The notes under the pieces are model-generated. The model did no database searches. It saw only the letters and a program-made list of their open reading frames with translations, and had not been told where the DNA came from. A stretch of DNA of 60,025 nucleotides, the filler included, from Basidiobolus ranarum (taxonomy: Eukaryota): NCBI GenBank assembly GCA_040143965.1. It is 12 parts of 12 records of this genome, joined end to end, with 100 filler letters (N's around TTAATTAATTAA, not from the genome) between each part and the next. Parts side by side here need not be neighbours in the genome. Positions count along the whole stretch, not along the records: positions 50,139 to 55,032 come from JASJQH010008666.1; positions 55,133 to 60,025 come from JASJQH010008667.1; 10 more parts are not named here. The stretch is one strand, 5' to 3'. Both the position numbers and the translations under genes were made by a program. The stretch's first letter is position 1, and every line of letters starts with the position of its first letter. Positions 54,171 through 60,025 of this stretch are shown one piece after another.

Positions 54171-54184
54171 CAAGGCTCATAACC
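54171..54184 (-). promoter_or_regulatory. Primer-binding site GGTTATGAGCC(TTG), complementary to the anticodon stem-loop of initiator tRNA-Met
   Basis: Directly follows the CA end of the 5' LTR. Plus strand CAAGGCTCATAACC versus yeast tRNAiMet CAGGGCUCAUAACC is 13/14. Confidence 0.85.
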
Positions 54185-54539
54185 TGATAAATGAGTCTGA
54201 GGGACTTGGAGGTGTTTTAGTCTATATTTGGATTTGGGAATCAGAAACTTCAGTGTTATTCATTTGAATACATCCCATTTATAGTTTACTATAAAATTGG
54301 ACTATTTGACCTGCTTAGATCATAGCAAACATGCCTGCTAAGTATGGGTGAAAATTTGAGGTGATTTGGGGAAGTATTGAGAAAGCAGTGAAAATTGGCA
54401 AGAGTGATCTAATTGAAATTTCTATCAATTGGAGCAATAAACACACATTTTGAGTGTCAGAATTTAGTGCTAAATAAGCAGAAAATGAATAAACCAACGA
54501 TTAAATAATAGTTGTTATTTATCTAATTTCAGCAGATCC

Positions 54540-55032
54540 CAGTTTGCCAACAAAGTAAGAATATACTTAGAGCCTATTGTAATCCCTGAAGTCTCTATCA
54601 CAAAGAGAACAATACACTCTATATTTTACATTACAAATTCTTTGCAGTCAACTGTAGGAGACTACTAGGACATGACACAAGCGTAGTTGTGTGAGAGCTG
54701 TAAGTTTGATATGGTGCTTAAAAAATTTGGCTTTTTCAGCACAATCAATATTGACTGGAGATGCCAATATATTACTGTCACAATAGAAGGCAAGACATAT
54801 CAGCATACACCAGATAAAATGTACTATAACCATATCAAAGCCAGCCAGATAAGTAACAAGTTAGCCAGTAAGAGTCTGATCAACCTAGCTTCCAGAAACA
54901 ATTAAGGGACACTTCTGATAGCTGTATTACAGCAAAGGAGTCATAAGATATCCTAATTGTATTGTTAGAGGTACTGAAGGAATATAGGGACATATTTTCG
55001 AGGAATTGATGGGGCTTTCACCTGCTGGAGAA
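54540..55032 (+). mobile_element. Ty3/gypsy protease-to-RT linker relic
   Basis: FDMVL..INIDWR and LKEYRDIF/EELMGLSPAGE resemble gypsy DVILG..IDW and EF.DVFPEELPGLPP.RE. Confidence 0.65.
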
Positions 55033-55185
55033 NNNNNNNNNNNNNNNNNNNNNNNNNNNNNNNNNNNNNNNNNNNNTTAATTAATTAANNNNNNNNNNNN
55101 NNNNNNNNNNNNNNNNNNNNNNNNNNNNNNNNAATTAGCACTAACCAGGGCGCATAACCTATTGAAATTATTTAGGGAGCAATAG

Positions 55186-55258
55186 TGGTCTGGCCAAGAT
55201 TTGAACCTGGGGCCTTCTTCACTCTAGCAAGGTGCTCTAACCACTGAGCTACCAGTCC
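55186..55258 (-). pseudogene. tRNA-derived element (pseudo-tRNA or SINE head)
   Basis: GGACTGG TA GCTC AGTGGTTA GAGC A CCTTG CTAGAGT GAAGA AGGCC CCAGG TTCAAAT CTTGG CCAGACC A. D and T arms pair, the acceptor stem has 1 mismatch, and the anticodon stem is broken. Confidence 0.75.
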
Positions 55259-56104
55259 TTGTATGCTATGCCTCTATTGCTAGGGAACCTTAATCTAGTC
55301 TGTCAATGTATGGCAGTTTGGCATTTAAGCTATACAAGCAACTGATTGGCCTTAGACTTTGTGTTCAGATGCAGTCACCATACTCCATATTTTCTTCTTT
55401 GGGAATTACTGCTTGTACCGCAAGTCACCAGACTTTCAACAAGTACCTTGCCCTAACAAAAATAAAATTGATTTTATCTGGATTGAATCCACACTTCTTG
55501 ATTGCAATACCATCAGAGAGCAGTCACAATATTGGTGGCTTGCATTCTACCAGAAATTTTGATGATGTCATGGCAGTTTCTTGATGGTATATTGAAGGTA
55601 TTCATACATGTTAAAATACTAGTCCTCATATATGGCATGCATTATTTAATTTCTGGCAATTTTTGCAAAAATCAAATTTTTGAATGGCAACTTACTTAAT
55701 TTACCACTGTAGGAATTTTAATCAATATGCATGCCTTTATTTAGATATTTCAGGCTTTGTGTTCCAGCCATAATGAGAGTCAAAAAATACAAGAATCATG
55801 TTGTCTTTAGTCTCTACATATTATTGGGAAAATATGGGCTGTTTGGATGAACTTTAGAAAAGTTGAGTTGTGAATAGCTTTGTGAGATAATTGTTTATTG
55901 TCTGGACATAAAGTATTTATACCTTTTGGTGGAAATATATAAAACTAATGCTGGGGTTGTGTTCACAGCATTGGTGGGAGTAAAATGAGCTATCTTTGGG
56001 GCTATTTGGAAGAGGTTGAAATTTCCAATATGGAATTGCTAATTCTCACATTATTCACATATATATATAATATATGTTCCAATTTTCAGCTAAGTGATAA
56101 TTGA

Positions 56105-57705
56105 CTAAGTAATGTTAACTAACTTATATGTGATATATGAAATAGTTAGGTATATAAAGACAGATATAACAGATATGATAAAGACAATAAACTTCAACAC
56201 ATATGCACATACTTGACTGATCAGACATAACTCAACAACATTGATATGCTTTACTAGCAAACTAATGGTGGAAAAATTGCTAAACATCTGATATTTTGAA
56301 TAGCACTGACACTTGGCAAATAGCTGACTCTTATTACTGTACACAATGAGAATAAGCTCTTGGATTTTGGCAAATTTCCGTAAAGAATTCAGCCAAAATA
56401 CCCCTAACTTGCAGTCAACAAATGTCCTGCCACAAGTAGATATGTCATTGCTTGAATAGATTACCCCATGGCTAAAATGATAATACTGCATATCTTGATC
56501 TATCTCACTAAGAAGTCTGTCTTGCAGTTTTCCTAGAAATACCATCAGATTATCTCACAAACAAATTAGTCCAAATTATAGGGATACTTACTCTGTATCC
56601 ATGGATTTGGATCTGTTGCTGTTATTGTGCTCAAACAATGCAAAAACCTGTGAGCACCTTGAAAAGAGCACTTTGTTGGAAGGTTAATATACTGTGAGTC
56701 TCCTTAACCTATTGCATTACATCCATCTCTGATTTTGCTGATACATTGTTTATCAAATTAGCATATGGTAATACTGACAATTTCACACAGAGCATCATTT
56801 CACCACTGGTGCACTCCATTGAGAACTCCCAGAATGCATAGCAAGGGCCTGCAACCTCTAAGCATTGTGAAAGATGCAGCAGGGAATGTAATGAATATCA
56901 ACATAGATTCAGTCTATCTTCTTTAAACCTGTAATAAAGTTTTTCATATCCAATTACAAAATCTTTGCACAGTCACTGTATCTGGCTAAGATCTGCCAAT
57001 GTAAGTTGATACCATAAGAATATATTAACAATATCCACAAACAACTCCCAATGTTTCCAATACTTATCAGGCAGAAATCTTTTCAAAATTCAACTTGAAT
57101 ATATACAAATCTAATGCTTCCAGTCTTTGCATTGGAATAAACACCTAGATGAGTGGATATTGATGGGAGTCCTGGTAAAACATGATGGTATCTTGATGGT
57201 TTCAAGCATTTGCCCAATTGATTCAAACTTTGATCCTATCTCAAATGGCTCATTCATATTGAATTTTCCATTATATGGCTGAGTAAGTAGTATTGGAATG
57301 TTGTTGAATAGTAAGTGCATGGTGCCTAATGGTAAGCTCTGGCTCCAGCTGATCCCCTTTGGCAATATTATATTAGGTTTACAGCTAATATCAAGTTTGA
57401 TGTTAGCCTGACTATTTGGTGAATTGTTATCAGTGAACATGTTGAAATCTGACTGGGCTCTTGATAGTAAAATCATGGAGTTTAGTTTTGTATTTGGATA
57501 GTAGTAATGCATATGCCTGACAGAGTAAACTCCATTGATTTGACAAAATCTACAGCAAGATAGTGGATTGTGGCTGTAAAAACCTCCAAGTTTGCTGATG
57601 GTGGGAGTGTCACCAATACATACAATGATATTAGCTTTAATAAAATATTCACCTATCTGAACCCCATTAAATAACCATTCAACTTCCCCAATCAAAGGCT
57701 CTTAA
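56105..57705 (-). mobile_element. CACTA transposase pseudogene, core and 3' part
   Basis: CIGDTPTISKLGGFYSHNPLSCCRFCQING..HYYYP, PLGTMHLLFNNI, IPSCFTRTPINI, KDW, HYIP/LLHLSQCL..FWEFSME. Confidence 0.88.
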
Positions 57706-58777
57706 TATTCATAGGTGTTTCACACTCATTTGGACTACAACCATACTCCAGTTGGTGGGAAGCTAACTCCAAACAAGGTTTTGGCTGTGATTAATAAAGA
57801 ATCCTTAACACACCAATCAATTGTTTCATTTGTTCTCTGGTGATTATCAAATGTATTGGATTGGATGTCTTGATTTAGAATGGTAAAGATTCCTATCAGT
57901 CTTGTGATATTCAACCTATACACTTTGATCTTCATCTTCTGCAACATACCACTCTCAGCTATCTGATATACCGTCTGTTTTTAACCTGTCTGAAGTATGA
58001 TAGAGCTCTTCACGAGTTGTTATTGATATGCCAGCAAATAAGCCAATCAGGTAAATACCAATGAAATGGCAAATATTTCTAATGGTGGTTGATGGTGGGC
58101 AATGAGACCCCTTCAGGAGAATCTCATCTTTGTCGTCAATAAAGCACTGGCCGATGTGATCGATATTGTAAGCTCAAATAATGGTCACATATTTGCTTAC
58201 CTTGTTTCCTTGTCAATTATTGGGACAGCTTAGTATCCGATGAGTTATTCTTGTGACAACGTCAAGTACTCCTCGCAGACAGACTAACCCTAAGCTTAAC
58301 TATCGCCAACTTGTGCAAACACGAACCAGTAGGTTGCACATAGGGAGTGAAATGGACAATTCTGTAACGTAGATGATAAACCTAACGAGATGGTGTTGGC
58401 TTGTAGAAAGTTCGTTGACCGGAATTGATCACTTACCCTTTGTTATCAATGACAGACAAGACAGAAACTGATTTTCGCGCCCTAAATATAGTCTAGTGTG
58501 ATCTATGATGACGTGGTGGTGTGGTTAAGATACTGAAGTCTGTTCTATGCATACGAGGATGTCTATGATCCGAGCAAACAGTACTAAGTTGGGAATATTA
58601 AGCACGGACATTATGTTGTGTTGATCATTGGTCACGATTGGAGTATTTTATTGCACGAATTAAATCTCGTTAGATGTGACACGCAAAAGCTTGGATCGCG
58701 ACAACTTAAAATCCCTTCAGATGTCGAAACTTCACAGATTCCTACTCATTCCAACCACCATCATTACCCTTTTTATC

Positions 58778-59191
58778 ATGAAAACCACTACTCGCGTTAC
58801 CTATCGTAGAAAGCCAATTCATATTACTTGCCCTCACTGTCAAAAATCTTTCAATCGCAAAGATAATTATATACGCCATGTTCGTACTCATTCAGGGGAA
58901 TATCCTCATCGCTGTCCTCATTCTAATTGTGCCAAAGGATTTACGCGTAGTGATAGCCTTGTCAGACACCTGAGCTTAAATCATTCTAAGGTTGATCAAA
59001 CAAATAACTTTTCAGATAGTGATTGCAGATCTGCAACCTTTGAGAATTCTCACCAAACTGTGATGGATGACCTCCCAAAGCTTTCCTGTGTACTCTCACG
59101 TGATACCTCAGTGATGTGCATCCATAATCTGGTAGACGGAAGTTCTAAGACAGAGTCCCCGATGGAACTTAGCTTTGTGCTAAACAACTAG
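58778..59191 (+). CDS. Two-finger C2H2 zinc-finger transcription factor (alternative ATG at 58721)
   Basis: CPHC..FNRKDNYIRHVRTH SGEYPHR CPHSNC..FTRSDSLVRHLSLNH; intronless. Confidence 0.9.
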   Translation: MKTTTRVTYRRKPIHITCPHCQKSFNRKDNYIRHVRTHSGEYPHRCPHSNCAKGFTRSDSLVRHLSLNHSKVDQTNNFSDSDCRSATFENSHQTVMDDLPKLSCVLSRDTSVMCIHNLVDGSSKTESPMELSFVLNN

Positions 59192-60025
59192 TCTCCTCGT
59201 AAAAACTTCTTTGTGCAATACTGCATATTTTAATTAGTTAATTGACTTTCTTTATTACAAACACATCGATCGTTTAGTATGCATGTTGTGCTTGGTCGGA
59301 TTCTTTCGTGATCAATACCACAGCTTTATTTATTATGTGCATAGTTTCTGGGAAACGAAAGTCAAGTAGTGAAGCTGTATACATTTTACAAATTTGGCTT
59401 AATTATAATTAAATGTCATTTTTTGATAGCTGGCATTTGTGGTGTTTAGAGCATTATCTCTGAAGGGACTCTGACCATTAAGGACTAGAGCCTAACGTAT
59501 AAAACCAATAAACATTCATTTTGAATGGTTTTATTGAACCCTCTCCATCAATGACGGGATGAACGTATAAGTTGCGTTCTTCGATGTCAAGAGAATAATG
59601 GTACTCAAAACTGGAAGGGACAAAGATCTATACACCAGCTTCATGTTTGTTATTTAGTGCCCATCAACATAGTGTATGAGAAATATTAACATTGGGAGTA
59701 ATGAGTGTGCAATTCTAATTTCTTCGATTTATTCTGCTACAATTTAGATACATATATACGAATATATCCTTTTGAGAATTTGTGTTCTCAGATTGCTTCT
59801 AGAGTTATCTCATATCAATTTCTGTAACAATAATTTATCTTTACGATTATCAAATTTAGAATGCTCTTATTGAACCTGGTTCCTGAGGTGAGTACAATTT
59901 CGGGACTTGATTCACTGATAAATTGACTGATTAACTAACTTTATTTTGATTGTGCTATTTTTATAGGGTTCAGGGGAAAATCGAATGGCCTTCCTGCCGG
60001 ATTTGGGAGTGTGACGATTTTGAAA

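Larger units (their letters stand above)
50220..54534 (-). mobile_element. Copia family 2 element C: 5' LTR (54185-54534), PBS, gag, PR, INT, RT; decayed and interrupted
   Basis: gag LTDSQLRHIQSAKNVQNAWETLK, CQDCIYGKHH, HSDLCGP, QMDVKAAF, ELKQAPKA, VDDLII. Confidence 0.92.

Noticed and set aside
55186..55258. Functional or suppressor tRNA (CTA/TAG/AGA in the loop)
   Set aside because: The anticodon stem is mispaired, the acceptor stem has a mismatch and the Ser/Leu variable arm is missing.
59860..60025. Possible start of a gene (GTGAGT..CTAAC..TAG intron at about 59888-59967)
   Set aside because: Too little sequence before the window end to establish a frame or product.

Overview
This window is not one locus. 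It is 12 unrelated contigs of about 4.9 kb each, in descending size order and joined by artificial N44-TTAATTAATTAA-N44 linkers (contigs: 1-4929, 5030-9953, 10054-14974, 15075-19993, 20094-25011, 25112-30025, 30126-35033, 35134-40037, 40138-45038, 45139-50038, 50139-55032, 55133-60025). The DNA is AT-rich, intron-dense and eukaryotic. The chitin genes and short GT-AG introns with CTAAC/CTAAT branch sites indicate a fungus, and I infer an early-diverging lineage (Zoopagomycota/Mucoromycota-like, possibly Basidiobolus; not proven). The gene-rich contigs carry a TOPORS-like RING E3, mitochondrial GluRS, TBP, a DUF2358 protein, CCT-alpha, a CE4 chitin deacetylase, a PAQR/IZH receptor, a GPCR-like fragment, 14-3-3, Bem46/ABHD13, a plant-type PEX22, an EST1/SMG-like protein, a C2H2 factor, and a GH18 chitinase with at least 4 CBM5/12 modules and a 4-nt microexon. 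The repeat-rich contigs carry decayed, nested Ty1/copia elements (two LTR families, one with a half-tRNAiMet PBS), CACTA transposase relics, Ty3/gypsy and probable DIRS relics, and a tRNA-derived element. The copia and CACTA DNA is strongly CpG-depleted. I find no clear new multi-gene system. The best leads are the chitinase architecture, the repeat-restricted CpG loss, a possible relic of a giant fungal GTPase-associated protein family, and the plant-type PEX22. All family calls come from motif recognition by eye, not from database searches.
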